55,699 nt of DNA from a virus (lineage: Duplodnaviria; Caudoviricetes), in the IMG/VR virus record IMGVR_UViG_3300045303_000132, positions 1-55,699 of that record; one strand, 5' to 3'. Shown piece by piece: positions 7,692 through 17,220 of this stretch (position 1 is its first letter; every line of letters begins with the position of its first letter). Position numbers and translations under genes: made by a program. Below the pieces are notes generated by a model, which was not told the DNA's origin, did not search any database, and saw only the letters and a program-made list of their open reading frames with translations.

Positions 7692-8887
7692 CCACTGATC
7701 AGGCACAGGCGACGTACGCCGCCGAGGATCTGTGGGAGAAGGAGGAGCCGCAGGCCCGGATCAAGTTCGGGGACTGGCACGAGGTCCAGCCCTTCTACGC
7801 CAGACTTGCGGCCATGTTCCGCGACGCCGGCGACGAGGTCTATCCGCCGACCGTGTACCCCCGGAGGGGTGCGCTCAACGCCCACTACGACGCGGCCACC
7901 TCCGCGGTCTACATCCCGCCGTACGACCAGGGCGGGTCGTGGGCGCTGATGACCAGCACCGCGATCCACGAGTTCGCGCACCACCTCACGCCGGGCGCGG
8001 GTCACGGACCGGACTTTCGGGCTGCGATGATCGAGTGCCTGGAGGTGATGGGCTGGAACGCCGAACTGCTGGCCGACTGCTACGCGCAGGCCGGTCTGTC
8101 GACCAGCGACAAGGTGGACGGGATCACCGACAAGGTGGCTCGGCTGATCACTCACGCGGAGGGCAAGGGCCGCACCCTGGAGGAGAAGAAGACCTTCCTC
8201 GAGAAGGCCGAGCGGCTGGCCGCCGAGAACTCCATCAACCTCGCGCTCATCCGGAAGCGGCAGGCCGACGCGGACGGGGAGGGGAAGAACGGGCGAGACC
8301 GACCCATGACCGGCAAGTTGTTCTCGCTGACCGCCCTGTCCAACGTGACGTACCGCAATCTCGCGGTGGAGTTGGGCAGCGCGATCAGCCGGGCGCACGG
8401 CGCGGAGTGCGCCATCCGGGGAAAGTCTCAGTGGCTGACGTTCTACGGGTTCCCCGAGGACGTCCACCTGACCGAGCTCATGCTCACCCGCGTCACGCCC
8501 ATGATGTTCGAGGCCGCGGATGAGTATCTCCGGTCCCCCGAGCACCGCGTCTCCGGGGCGGCAACGGTCAGCGCACGGATCACCTTCTGCAAGAACTTCT
8601 CGTGGGAGGTGGGCAAGCGGCTGAGGGAGGCGGTGAGGCAGGCCGAGCGCGACGTGGTGGAGACACTGGAACTCACCGACGGCAACGCCAGCGTGAGCAC
8701 CGAACTCGTCCTGCGGGAGAAGGCCGTCGAGGTGAGGGACTACGTCTTCCACGAGTTCAAGCGTCAAGGCGTGAAGGGTTCCTGGAAGGGAAGCAGCACG
8801 AACTCCTGGAGCGGCGGGGCAGCCGACGCGGGCCGGTCTGCCGCGAAGAGTGCCAATCTGTACGGAAGGAAGGAACTAGGATCATGA
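7688..8887 (+). CDS. HEXXH metallohydrolase fused to DUF2786-like domain
   Basis: HEFAHH...GHGPDF Zn motif at the N-terminus; KVARLI..AE...EE...F..KA..L helical motif typical of DUF2786; G..AA..ANL C-terminus. Confidence 0.75.
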   Translation: MTTDQAQATYAAEDLWEKEEPQARIKFGDWHEVQPFYARLAAMFRDAGDEVYPPTVYPRRGALNAHYDAATSAVYIPPYDQGGSWALMTSTAIHEFAHHLTPGAGHGPDFRAAMIECLEVMGWNAELLADCYAQAGLSTSDKVDGITDKVARLITHAEGKGRTLEEKKTFLEKAERLAAENSINLALIRKRQADADGEGKNGRDRPMTGKLFSLTALSNVTYRNLAVELGSAISRAHGAECAIRGKSQWLTFYGFPEDVHLTELMLTRVTPMMFEAADEYLRSPEHRVSGAATVSARITFCKNFSWEVGKRLREAVRQAERDVVETLELTDGNASVSTELVLREKAVEVRDYVFHEFKRQGVKGSWKGSSTNSWSGGAADAGRSAAKSANLYGRKELGS

Positions 8888-9099
8888 CAACCGAGCACCT
8901 GAGTGACCAGCAAATCGCCCGAGTGGAGGCACTCCAGGCGGCGAAGGCGGTGGGCGTCAAGACCACTGGTCCGTTCGGGGGCTCCACCCCGCCGGACACC
9001 ACGGACCTCGTGAACCTCGCCGAGTACATCCTCAACGGGACCCACCCGATGGACCGATACGGGAAGAAGGAGGAAGAGAAGAATGGAGACCATGCCTGA
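8884..9099 (+). CDS. Hypothetical protein
   Basis: ATGA overlap; DLVNLAEYILNG motif. Confidence 0.7.
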   Translation: MTTEHLSDQQIARVEALQAAKAVGVKTTGPFGGSTPPDTTDLVNLAEYILNGTHPMDRYGKKEEEKNGDHA

Positions 9100-9334
9100 G
9101 AACCTGCGGGGGCGACGGGCCGGGGGTGAGGAGGCCCGCTTCAAGTGGGCGTTCTACGAGTGCCTCCGGCGCGAGCCGAACAAGGCCCCCAGCCCCACGG
9201 CGATCAACCTGCTGCTGGACAAGCCGCCGCCCCTGAACGTACTGACCGGGCGCAAGTCGGTACTTCGTCGCGAACTCCTCGTCAAGGAGGGCTTCGTCCA
9301 GGAACGGAAGTTCTCCCGGTGGTACAGACGATGA
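9083..9334 (+). CDS. Basic hypothetical protein
   Basis: ORF in the coupled series; start could be 9092. Confidence 0.65.
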   Translation: METMPENLRGRRAGGEEARFKWAFYECLRREPNKAPSPTAINLLLDKPPPLNVLTGRKSVLRRELLVKEGFVQERKFSRWYRR

Positions 9335-9501
9335 CCGAGAACATCTACTTCCTCCAGACGGTGGACGGCAAGTCGTATCGTCACACCACGCGGGAGAAGG
9401 TCAACGCAATGATCGAGGCAGGTAAGGCCGAGTGGGTCGGCACCGACGGCGACGAGGAGACCAACATCGTCGCCCACTATGCAGATAGGATCGAGGAGTG
9501 A
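9331..9501 (+). CDS. Small hypothetical protein
   Basis: ATGA overlap (MTENIYFLQ...). Confidence 0.65.
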   Translation: MTENIYFLQTVDGKSYRHTTREKVNAMIEAGKAEWVGTDGDEETNIVAHYADRIEE

Positions 9502-9719
9502 AGAAGATGTCAAGGGACGCCAGCCTGCACGAGAAGACGGTACAGAAGGCAGCCGCCATCGACCAGCCGAGGCGCAGGCGGGCCGCGCCCACCCGACGCG
9601 CAGTCACTACCCGCGTGGTGAAGGTCGATCGGCGTGTGATGGCGACAGCCCGTAGGCTCGCCGGTGGGGACATGACCCGCATCGAGATCCGTAACTCACA
9701 GGAGGTGATTGTCCGATGA
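9498..9719 (+). CDS. Basic hypothetical protein
   Basis: GTGA overlap, Arg/Lys-rich. Confidence 0.65.
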   Translation: MKKMSRDASLHEKTVQKAAAIDQPRRRRAAPTRRAVTTRVVKVDRRVMATARRLAGGDMTRIEIRNSQEVIVR

Positions 9720-9979
9720 GCCACTGCCCATCGTGCGGCCAGGACGAGGGCGTGCCCGTGGAGGTATCCTGCCTCGACGAAGAAGGCGAGCCGATGGTGT
9801 TCATGGTCTGCCGGAACTGCGACTACGGGATCAACGAGCACACCGAGGGAGTCTGCGACTGCGCGCCCCGGTGCGAGGCCACCGTCATCAAGGGGGGCGA
9901 GTCCGCGTTCTGCGATAGGCCGCTCGACGAGCGGGGATACTGCGGCCACGAGCGGAGCCACGTCGATGCGCGAGACTGA
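9716..9979 (+). CDS. Cys-rich Zn-binding protein
   Basis: CPSC, CRNC, CDC and further C/H. Confidence 0.7.
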   Translation: MSHCPSCGQDEGVPVEVSCLDEEGEPMVFMVCRNCDYGINEHTEGVCDCAPRCEATVIKGGESAFCDRPLDERGYCGHERSHVDARD

Positions 9980-10250
9980 ACGAACGCATTATCGCAGCCA
10001 GTACGGACCGCCTGTCGTCGTGGTCAATCCGAAGCGGTTCTGGCTCAGTTGCGGGATCGTGGGTGGGTTTGACGTGAAGGTCGCCATCGGACCTAAGCCT
10101 AAGAGCGATTACGGGGTGGTGGCTTCCGTGACAGTGAGCAACGGTGGCCCGATCACCTACGGCTCCACTACTGACGACCCCGCCGTACTTCGGGAAGCCG
10201 CTCGAAGGCTACTATCGGCGGCTCGTCTACTGGAGCGCGAACGTGGTTGA
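9966..10250 (+). CDS. Hypothetical protein
   Basis: Fills the gap; codon usage less typical. Confidence 0.55.
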   Translation: MRETERTHYRSQYGPPVVVVNPKRFWLSCGIVGGFDVKVAIGPKPKSDYGVVASVTVSNGGPITYGSTTDDPAVLREAARRLLSAARLLERERG

Positions 10251-11685
10251 GCACACGTCCGCTGTGAGAGAACCACTGATCGACCCGATGGATGCGCTCC
10301 AACTCGCGCTGGATGTCGCCGCCGTTCCGCATCACCCGCTGGATCCGCGGCTGCACCCGTATCAGGTGGACGCGGTGGCTCACCTGCACGCGCACCCTCG
10401 AGCCGGACTGTTCCTGATCCCCGGCCTCGGCAAGACTGCGATCTGTCTGTCGGCCATGACTGAGGTCCACTTCCCGGTGCTAGTCGTCGCGCCGAAGAAG
10501 GTGGCCGAGGAGGTGTGGCCTGTGGAGATCGCCAAGTGGAGACCCGACCTGACGTACAGCCTGATCCGCGGCAACCCCGAGCAACGGCAGGCTCGGCTCC
10601 GGGAGGACACCGACATCCACATCATTACCCGCGACACCTTCGGCGGTGACCTGATCAGCAGGAAGAAGCCGAGGTACAACACGGTCATCCTCGACGAGTT
10701 GTCCGGCTTCAAGAACCGGGCGTCGCAGCGGTGGAAGCACGCGAACCGACTGGTGAAGAACATGCCCTACGTCTGGGGCCTGACCGGCACGCCCACCCCG
10801 AACAGCCTGCTCGACCTTTGGCCTCAGGTGTATCTCCTGGACAGGGGCGCTCGGCTGGGGCGTACTCTCACGGCCTACCGGACCCACTACTTCGCGCCGG
10901 GGAAGCGCCTGCCCAACGGGATCATCACGAACTGGACGCTGCGACGCGGCTCCCAGAAAGCGATCGAGGGCTTGGTCAAGGACCTCTGCGTCTCGGTCGA
11001 CAAGAGCAACGTGAAGATGCCCTTGCAGAACGACGTCTACCACCGCTTCGATCTCCCGGCTGCGGCTCGCAAAGCGTACGACAAGATGAACGAGGACTTC
11101 GTGGCTGACATCGGGGAGACCCTCGCCAGCGTGGAGCACGCCGCCGCGAAGACGAACAAGTTGAGCCAGATCGCCAGCGGCTTCATGTATCACAGCGGAC
11201 TGGTGGGTGCGGAGGAGTCAGACGAGGCTGAGATCACGCACCATCACATGCTCCGCATGGAGATGATCCACGAGATCCTCGACGACGCGCAGGGTGCCCC
11301 GGCCCTCATCTTCTACCGCTTCCAGGAGGACCGGCGCAGGCTGCTCCACCTGGACGGGGCGGTGGACATCAAGACGCCGAACTCAGTCGAGCGATGGAAC
11401 CGGGGCAACATCCCCATCCTCCTCGCGCACCCGGCGTCCGCGGGTCACGGGCTCAACCTTCAACATGGCGGTAGCCTACTCATCTGGTACGGCATGACGT
11501 GGTCCAGCGAGGAGTACGTCCAGGGCACCGGGCGACTGGTCCGTCAGGGGCAGCCGTCGCCAGTGGTGGCTGTCCATCACATCCTCGCGAACGACACCGT
11601 GGACGAGCAGGTGCTCGACGTAGTGCAGGGCCGCATCACCCGACAGGACGCACTCCTGGAAGTGCTGAAGAGGGGGAAGCGGTGA
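10243..11685 (+). CDS. SNF2-family (SF2) DNA helicase
   Basis: PYQ Q-motif, PGLGKT Walker A, ILDELS, GLTGTP, SAGHGLNLQ, QGTGRLVRQGQ; start uncertain. Confidence 0.93.
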   Translation: MVEHTSAVREPLIDPMDALQLALDVAAVPHHPLDPRLHPYQVDAVAHLHAHPRAGLFLIPGLGKTAICLSAMTEVHFPVLVVAPKKVAEEVWPVEIAKWRPDLTYSLIRGNPEQRQARLREDTDIHIITRDTFGGDLISRKKPRYNTVILDELSGFKNRASQRWKHANRLVKNMPYVWGLTGTPTPNSLLDLWPQVYLLDRGARLGRTLTAYRTHYFAPGKRLPNGIITNWTLRRGSQKAIEGLVKDLCVSVDKSNVKMPLQNDVYHRFDLPAAARKAYDKMNEDFVADIGETLASVEHAAAKTNKLSQIASGFMYHSGLVGAEESDEAEITHHHMLRMEMIHEILDDAQGAPALIFYRFQEDRRRLLHLDGAVDIKTPNSVERWNRGNIPILLAHPASAGHGLNLQHGGSLLIWYGMTWSSEEYVQGTGRLVRQGQPSPVVAVHHILANDTVDEQVLDVVQGRITRQDALLEVLKRGKR

Positions 11686-11888
11686 GGGAGCTCGCCATCC
11701 TACTGGACGACGGCGTGGTCATCCGGGACTCGGGCTGGCGATGCATCGCCGACGTGATGAAGTCCTACCATGCGTTCGACTGCACTCTGGCCTACGGAGT
11801 CATCGTGGACGCGGAGACACTGGTGCAAGTCTACCCCAAAGTGACTGAGGCCAGCCCTACTCACAGGACAGCCCACCCGCTAGGCTAG
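11682..11888 (+). CDS. Hypothetical protein
   Basis: GTGA overlap; stop lies inside promoter repeat copy 6. Confidence 0.55.
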   Translation: MRELAILLDDGVVIRDSGWRCIADVMKSYHAFDCTLAYGVIVDAETLVQVYPKVTEASPTHRTAHPLG

Positions 11889-11920
11889 CCGTTGGCAACG
11901 CGCCGGGGGACGTCCTCGGC
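11881..11920 (+). promoter_or_regulatory. Promoter/leader repeat copy 6 (variant C)
   Basis: taggctagccgttggcaacgcgccgggggacgtcctcggc. Confidence 0.72.
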
Positions 11921-11941
11921 GGGACAACAGAAAGGCAAGAA

Positions 11942-12160
11942 ATGATCATCGTCATCATCCTTCTAGTGGCGGCTCTCGCCCTCATCTCCGGGTGGGCCGC
12001 ACGCCAGATGCAGGCCGATCGGGAGAACACTGCCCTGATCGAGCAGCAGCGGCTTGAGAATGAGCGTCTGGTCCGCGAGAACGAGGGCCTGCGCCGCGAC
12101 AAGCGGGACCACGAGGCCAGCCTCGAGATGGTGCTCACCGAACTCGGCACTTCCGCCTGA
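11942..12160 (+). CDS. Membrane-anchored coiled-coil protein
   Basis: N-terminal TM, heptad-like C-terminus; RBS gaaagg. Confidence 0.75.
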   Translation: MIIVIILLVAALALISGWAARQMQADRENTALIEQQRLENERLVRENEGLRRDKRDHEASLEMVLTELGTSA

Positions 12161-12189
12161 CCGCCCACTACCCCCCGAGGAGCACGCTG

Positions 12190-12599
12190 TGACGTCGATG
12201 TCCAACGAAGAGTGGAAAAGCGTGCAGGAGGCCCTCGTGATCGGGGGCCTCCGGGCGTGTATCGACGACATCATCGCCAGTCGGTTCCAAGCGTCGTGCC
12301 TCGTGTCCATCAGCGATGCGAACCGTTGGATCCTCGATCAGGCGTACGACGATGGCGACGGCAACACCATCACCCTCGAGTCGACGAACGACAGTCCGTG
12401 GTTCGCGGGTATGTACGACGACAGCGAAGTGATGCTGGGCATGGAGCACAACGGCACGCTCTACTCCATCGTCTCCCTCAGTGGCGGGGGCATGGTCGCC
12501 GTGATCGTGGGGAACGGTTTGATCGAGAACGAGATGGGCGTCGCGTTTCACGGAACCGCCGAAGCCAAGGCATACGTCCAGGGCCTGACGGCGAAGTGA
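12190..12599 (+). CDS. Hypothetical acidic protein
   Basis: RBS gaggag before GTG 12190; TGATG coupling to the primase. Confidence 0.7.
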
Positions 12600-14857
12600 T
12601 GTCGATGCCGGTGCCCGCACCCGATGCCCCGACCCTGAGTTGGTCAACGGGGCGCAATCGGACGACCGCGACTTGGTCTCAGGTACACGACAAGTCGTGG
12701 TCGTCTTTCGTTGAGTGGCTCTGCCCTGAGAAGCCAGCAGCGAGCAAGGAGGTCCGACCTTACGTGGGCGGCACCCTCGAGCATGGGCGACGCACCATCC
12801 GCACGGTGGAGCAGCGGTTCTTCCTGACTCTAGACGCGGACTATGCCAACGCGCTCTTCCCGACCGATGTGGGACTCGAGTTCCTGGACACGCCCTACCT
12901 GATCCACACGACGTGGAGGCACACCCCCGAGGCGCACCGCTACCGGCTGATCATTCCGCTGTCGCGAGGCATCACCCCTAACGAGTACAAGGAACTCACC
13001 TGGACGGTGATGAACCGGCTGGACGGGGACCGGTTTGACAAGACCACCGCGCAGGCGGAGCGGTTCATGTGGAGTCCGTCCAGCGCAGACCCGTCGACGT
13101 ACTTCTGGATGTCGGCCAACGCGGGCGCGCCGTACCTGCCCGTGGACACGTGGCTGGACGGCCAGCACGGTACTTCTGAGACTCCCGCAGCCAACGGGCG
13201 GGCCAACCCCCCACCCACCCCTCCTGCGACCGGCTCCGAGGCTTACACGGCTTCGGCTGAGGATAAGGAACGGGCCGCGGAAATCCTCGGGTCCGCGGTG
13301 AACTCTGTGCTGCACCTGAACGAGAGGGACGAGTTCGCCGGGCGGAACGAGGCGGTCTTTCACCTGATGCCCATGCTTCTCCGGTTCGCAGACGCTGGAG
13401 CACTGGACGAGGATCTGGTGCTGGACAGTCTCTTCAACGCGGCACAGAGTGTCCCCGCGGACGAGGCGTACACGCGACAAGAGTTCGACGCCAGCGTGCG
13501 GTCGGCCCGGCAGTACGCCGACGAGACCGGGCCGGTGCTGCCGGAGACCACCCCGACCAAGAACGCGCAGCGGGACTTTGAGGACGTGGAGCCGGAACCG
13601 GAGATCGACATCTGGTCCCGCACGCCGCAACTCCGCAACATCGCGCAGGCGGCAGACGCGATGGGCCGGAACCGGCTGGCTCTGCTCGCCGTGGTGCTCA
13701 CGCGTGTCCTGGTCGAGGTAGATCCAGGTGTGTGCCTCCCCGGTGTCCGGGACGGGGCTATCGGCTCTCGTGCCCCGCTCAATCTCGGCGTGGCGATGGT
13801 CGGGGCCAGCGGTCAGGGCAAGACCACTTTCTCCGACGAGAGTGCGGCGGTGCTAGGGCGAGATCAGAAGGATCAGACCAAGATCCCGTCCACCGGGCAG
13901 GGTTTGGTCCAGTCATACCTGTATTGGGACGCGGATGCCGGCGAGAATCGACTCATTGCAGAGCCACGACGCATCTTCATAGTCGACGAGATCGACAAAC
14001 TCGGCGCATTGACCAAGGATCAGGGCAGTACGCTCATGGCAGAGCTCCGTACTCTCTTGTCAGGCGGCTTGACGGGTTCTACGAACGCGAGAAAGGAGTT
14101 GGACCGGACCTTGCACGCCCGGACGTACAACTTCCAGATCGTGATCGGTGTTCAGCCCGCCCGCGCAGAGCCACTGCTCTCGGGGCGGGATGCGGGCACC
14201 CCGCAGCGGTTCATCTGGGTGAACGTCACCGACCCGAAGACTGCGCTGCACCCCAACGAGCGACCCCCGTCCCCCGAACCACTCAACTGGAACTCCGACT
14301 TCCTGATGCACTTCGAGTTCTTCGATCCGATCGTGGATTACCCGAAGTGGCTGAAAGAGGAGTTGCTGGACTACGACCACAAGGTCAGCCTCGAGACGTC
14401 GCAGGGCGGTGAGATGAGCCGCTTCGGCCACCAGAACCTCCTCCGGTTGAAGGTAGCAGCGGGGATCGCATTCTTACACGAGTCAGTCCGCATTGAGGAC
14501 GAGCACGTGGAGATCGCAGACCAGATCGTAGCCGCGAGCAGGCGGGTCCAGGTCGAGTGTGAGAGGGTAGTGGCCGAGAAGAACTTCCTGTCTAAGAAAC
14601 TCCAGGCCAGGACTGAGGAGCGTGTACGTGACGAGGTCGGTCAGGAGAGGTTGACACGGCTTCTCAAGGTCACGAGGGACAAGATCGTCGCGGCGGGCGG
14701 TGAGTGGGTGTTCGGGCGCGACCTGAGACTGGCCCACCGTGACCGGGAGGAGTACACGGATTCGGTGTGGGAGGCGCTCTCCAAGGACGAGACCATCGAG
14801 GTCGAGATGCACGAGACACCCAGACAGGTAGAGAAGAAAGCGAGGTTGAAGAAGTGA
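12599..14857 (+). CDS. DNA primase-polymerase/helicase fusion
   Basis: AEP-like LTLDAD, HTT..H....RYRLIIPLSR; P-loop GASGQGKTT and IVDEID. Confidence 0.88.
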   Translation: MSMPVPAPDAPTLSWSTGRNRTTATWSQVHDKSWSSFVEWLCPEKPAASKEVRPYVGGTLEHGRRTIRTVEQRFFLTLDADYANALFPTDVGLEFLDTPYLIHTTWRHTPEAHRYRLIIPLSRGITPNEYKELTWTVMNRLDGDRFDKTTAQAERFMWSPSSADPSTYFWMSANAGAPYLPVDTWLDGQHGTSETPAANGRANPPPTPPATGSEAYTASAEDKERAAEILGSAVNSVLHLNERDEFAGRNEAVFHLMPMLLRFADAGALDEDLVLDSLFNAAQSVPADEAYTRQEFDASVRSARQYADETGPVLPETTPTKNAQRDFEDVEPEPEIDIWSRTPQLRNIAQAADAMGRNRLALLAVVLTRVLVEVDPGVCLPGVRDGAIGSRAPLNLGVAMVGASGQGKTTFSDESAAVLGRDQKDQTKIPSTGQGLVQSYLYWDADAGENRLIAEPRRIFIVDEIDKLGALTKDQGSTLMAELRTLLSGGLTGSTNARKELDRTLHARTYNFQIVIGVQPARAEPLLSGRDAGTPQRFIWVNVTDPKTALHPNERPPSPEPLNWNSDFLMHFEFFDPIVDYPKWLKEELLDYDHKVSLETSQGGEMSRFGHQNLLRLKVAAGIAFLHESVRIEDEHVEIADQIVAASRRVQVECERVVAEKNFLSKKLQARTEERVRDEVGQERLTRLLKVTRDKIVAAGGEWVFGRDLRLAHRDREEYTDSVWEALSKDETIEVEMHETPRQVEKKARLKK

Positions 14858-15372
14858 GACTTATCGACCGTGATGACTTCAACGCGCTAGGGACGCACAG
14901 TCTCGCGGTGAGCGTCACCATGAATGAGGACGGCACCCAGGATCCGGGGCCGTATCTCTACTGCGTGAACGACACCGGGGCGTGGGTGAGTCGCATGATC
15001 GGTGACGACATACCCGGCATGGAGTCCCACCTCCTTACCATGCCGATCGACACGGCCACGGTGGACAAGGACGTGCGGTGGCAGCGGGCGGTGGACCTCT
15101 GGCTCCGGGATGCGCCGATCAACAGGAGCGCCATGCTCCGGCGATACAAGTCGATCAGGCGGCATCTTGAGAAGGTGGGGCCGAAGACGTGGTCTCCCTG
15201 GGACGAGGTGTATCACTGGCCCGAAGCGTCCGACCTGATGTGGGACGGCCTCGCGATCCACACCTTCATCACACGGCGCGAGATCAACGGTGTGCGAGAA
15301 GTCGTGATCTCCGGAACCATCTGGGACAAGCGGCTCCGTGAGCGAGAGGAACGCGAACGTGTCAGCGCGTGA
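14854..15372 (+). CDS. Hypothetical protein
   Basis: GTGA overlap. Confidence 0.7.
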   Translation: MRLIDRDDFNALGTHSLAVSVTMNEDGTQDPGPYLYCVNDTGAWVSRMIGDDIPGMESHLLTMPIDTATVDKDVRWQRAVDLWLRDAPINRSAMLRRYKSIRRHLEKVGPKTWSPWDEVYHWPEASDLMWDGLAIHTFITRREINGVREVVISGTIWDKRLREREERERVSA

Positions 15373-15856
15373 TGACCGGCTTGAGTTCGTAGCCGAACTG
15401 ACCTTGCTGGGGTTCAGCCCCGAGAAGATCGCGGAGCGGCTGGGGGTCAGCGTAGGCGTCGTGAAGAGCGACCTGGAGCAGATCCGCATCCGGTGGCAGA
15501 AGAACCGCCAGAAATCCTACTCGCAGTTCATCGAGGAGGAGTTGGCGACCCAGCAGATGCTGATGCGCTCTCTCGAGGACGGCATCAAGTTGGGATCGTG
15601 GAAGCACGTCGAGACGGCTCTCAAGATCACCGAGCGCCGCGCTCGAGTGTTTGGCCTGGACCACACCGATCGTATGGAGCAGGCGCGGGTGGAGATCGAG
15701 GCACGGCAACTCGACATGATCAGTCGTGCGCTGGAGCGCGTGATGGAGGTGCTGGGGCTGACTGACGAGCAGCGTGAACTCGCCACGGAGACACTGATTC
15801 TGGAACTGGAGGAGGGCGACATCGTAGTCGACCCAGATGGAGAAGAGGACGAATGA
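15338..15856 (+). CDS. HTH DNA-binding protein, terminase-small-subunit-like
   Basis: GFSPEKIAERLGVS HTH and LKITERRARVFGLD motif typical of actinophage TerS-like proteins; start may be 15359. Confidence 0.65.
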   Translation: MSERNANVSARDDRLEFVAELTLLGFSPEKIAERLGVSVGVVKSDLEQIRIRWQKNRQKSYSQFIEEELATQQMLMRSLEDGIKLGSWKHVETALKITERRARVFGLDHTDRMEQARVEIEARQLDMISRALERVMEVLGLTDEQRELATETLILELEEGDIVVDPDGEEDE

Positions 15857-16785
15857 GTGTACTGACGGTCATCTCAACCACGTCGCAGCGGAAGAACCAT
15901 GCTGCGATCGCGTGTGCGAGATACAACGCGGATCACGGGTCGGTGGTGGTGCTCGATCAAGGGGGCGGCACCGTGCTCGACGGGTACGTGGAGGGGGACA
16001 CGTGGGTCCGCACGAAGCACGACAACCTCCTCGCGCAGTTGAGGACAGGGTGTGACCTCGCGCTCCTCGACGGCCACGACTACGTCGTCCTTCTCGATGA
16101 CGATGTCACCTACCTGACCCCGATCGAGCCGTCGGGCAACTCGTACCGCATCCGTTCGAAGAAGAACGTACCGGACGACCCGGACTGGCGGGGTGCCCTC
16201 ACGTACGAGAGCCTCTCATTCATCGACGACAACGTGGACACGTGGTTCCCCGGCGATCAGTCCATGCTGGTGGTGTCGTCCCGCCTGTTCTTCCCGAAGC
16301 CGAACGAGGTGGTCCCGCACTTCACTCCACTCACCATCGAGCGGTTCCCGTCCGTATTCAACGATCACGTCGTATGGAAGACTTCCAGGCTGGACGAGGT
16401 GCTCGGCGTGTTCGAGGACCTCGGGGTGCTGAACTACTCCGCGGGCGTGGACAAGGCGGGCGCGCTGGTGAACAACATCCTCGGCTACACGGTGGGTCGG
16501 CTCCAGTGGATCCGTGCCACGAAGTGGGACATCACCGGCAACGACGACTCCACGATCTACGACTTCGAGGACATCCCTGTCGACCAGAGGAACGTGTACC
16601 GGAACCAGGAGGATGCGAAGGCGCTGTTCAAGTTGCGCCCGTTCGTCGAGGAGAGCGGCCTGTCGTTCAAGGCGTCGATCACCAAGAACGGCAGCCTGAA
16701 CTCCTTCACCCGTACGACAGGCGTGTCTCTGGACAAGATGGTGGCGGACTATGTCCGCGGATCTGAGATGAAGGCGCTCATCTAG
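15853..16785 (+). CDS. Putative GT-A fold glycosyltransferase
   Basis: N-terminal strand VISTTSQR and DYVVLLDDDV (DxD) motif. Confidence 0.55.
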   Translation: MSVLTVISTTSQRKNHAAIACARYNADHGSVVVLDQGGGTVLDGYVEGDTWVRTKHDNLLAQLRTGCDLALLDGHDYVVLLDDDVTYLTPIEPSGNSYRIRSKKNVPDDPDWRGALTYESLSFIDDNVDTWFPGDQSMLVVSSRLFFPKPNEVVPHFTPLTIERFPSVFNDHVVWKTSRLDEVLGVFEDLGVLNYSAGVDKAGALVNNILGYTVGRLQWIRATKWDITGNDDSTIYDFEDIPVDQRNVYRNQEDAKALFKLRPFVEESGLSFKASITKNGSLNSFTRTTGVSLDKMVADYVRGSEMKALI

Positions 16786-16830
16786 TGCAACTGATGGACG
16801 CCAGCCCTAGCGTGAGGATAGCCCACCCGC

Positions 16831-16870
16831 TAGGCTAGGCATAGGCAACGCGCCGGGGGACATCCTCGGT
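16831..16870 (+). promoter_or_regulatory. Promoter/leader repeat copy 7 (variant C)
   Basis: taggctaggcataggcaacgcgccgggggacatcctcggt; upstream 30 nt also resemble copy 6. Confidence 0.72.
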
Positions 16871-16893
16871 GGACCAGAGAAAGGTGAAGCCAG

Positions 16894-17220
16894 ATGGCGA
16901 CTATCAGAGCCGTGATCGTAGACCCCGACGGCACCGTCCGAGACACCGAGATCGAGAGCAGCCTCGGCGCTTTCCAGGCCGTCGTTGGCGGCTACATCGA
17001 GGGTGTGTTCGGCAGGGTGGCGACGATGTACGTGAACGAGGAGGGCCTGCTTCTGCGGCTCCCGTTCAACCCTTCCGCGACCCTGTTCGCGCAGCACATC
17101 CTGGGGTTCGCCGAGATGCAACTCTTCGGCACGGCCCTGATCCTGGGGACGAGTGACGAAGAGGGTAACGACACACCTGTTCGGCCAGCCGTGGTCGAAT
17201 ACTTCACGAAGGAGAACTGA
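16894..17220 (+). CDS. DUF3846-like protein
   Basis: LGAFQAVVGGYIE...MYVNEEGLL..LPFN..AT motif. Confidence 0.8.
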   Translation: MATIRAVIVDPDGTVRDTEIESSLGAFQAVVGGYIEGVFGRVATMYVNEEGLLLRLPFNPSATLFAQHILGFAEMQLFGTALILGTSDEEGNDTPVRPAVVEYFTKEN

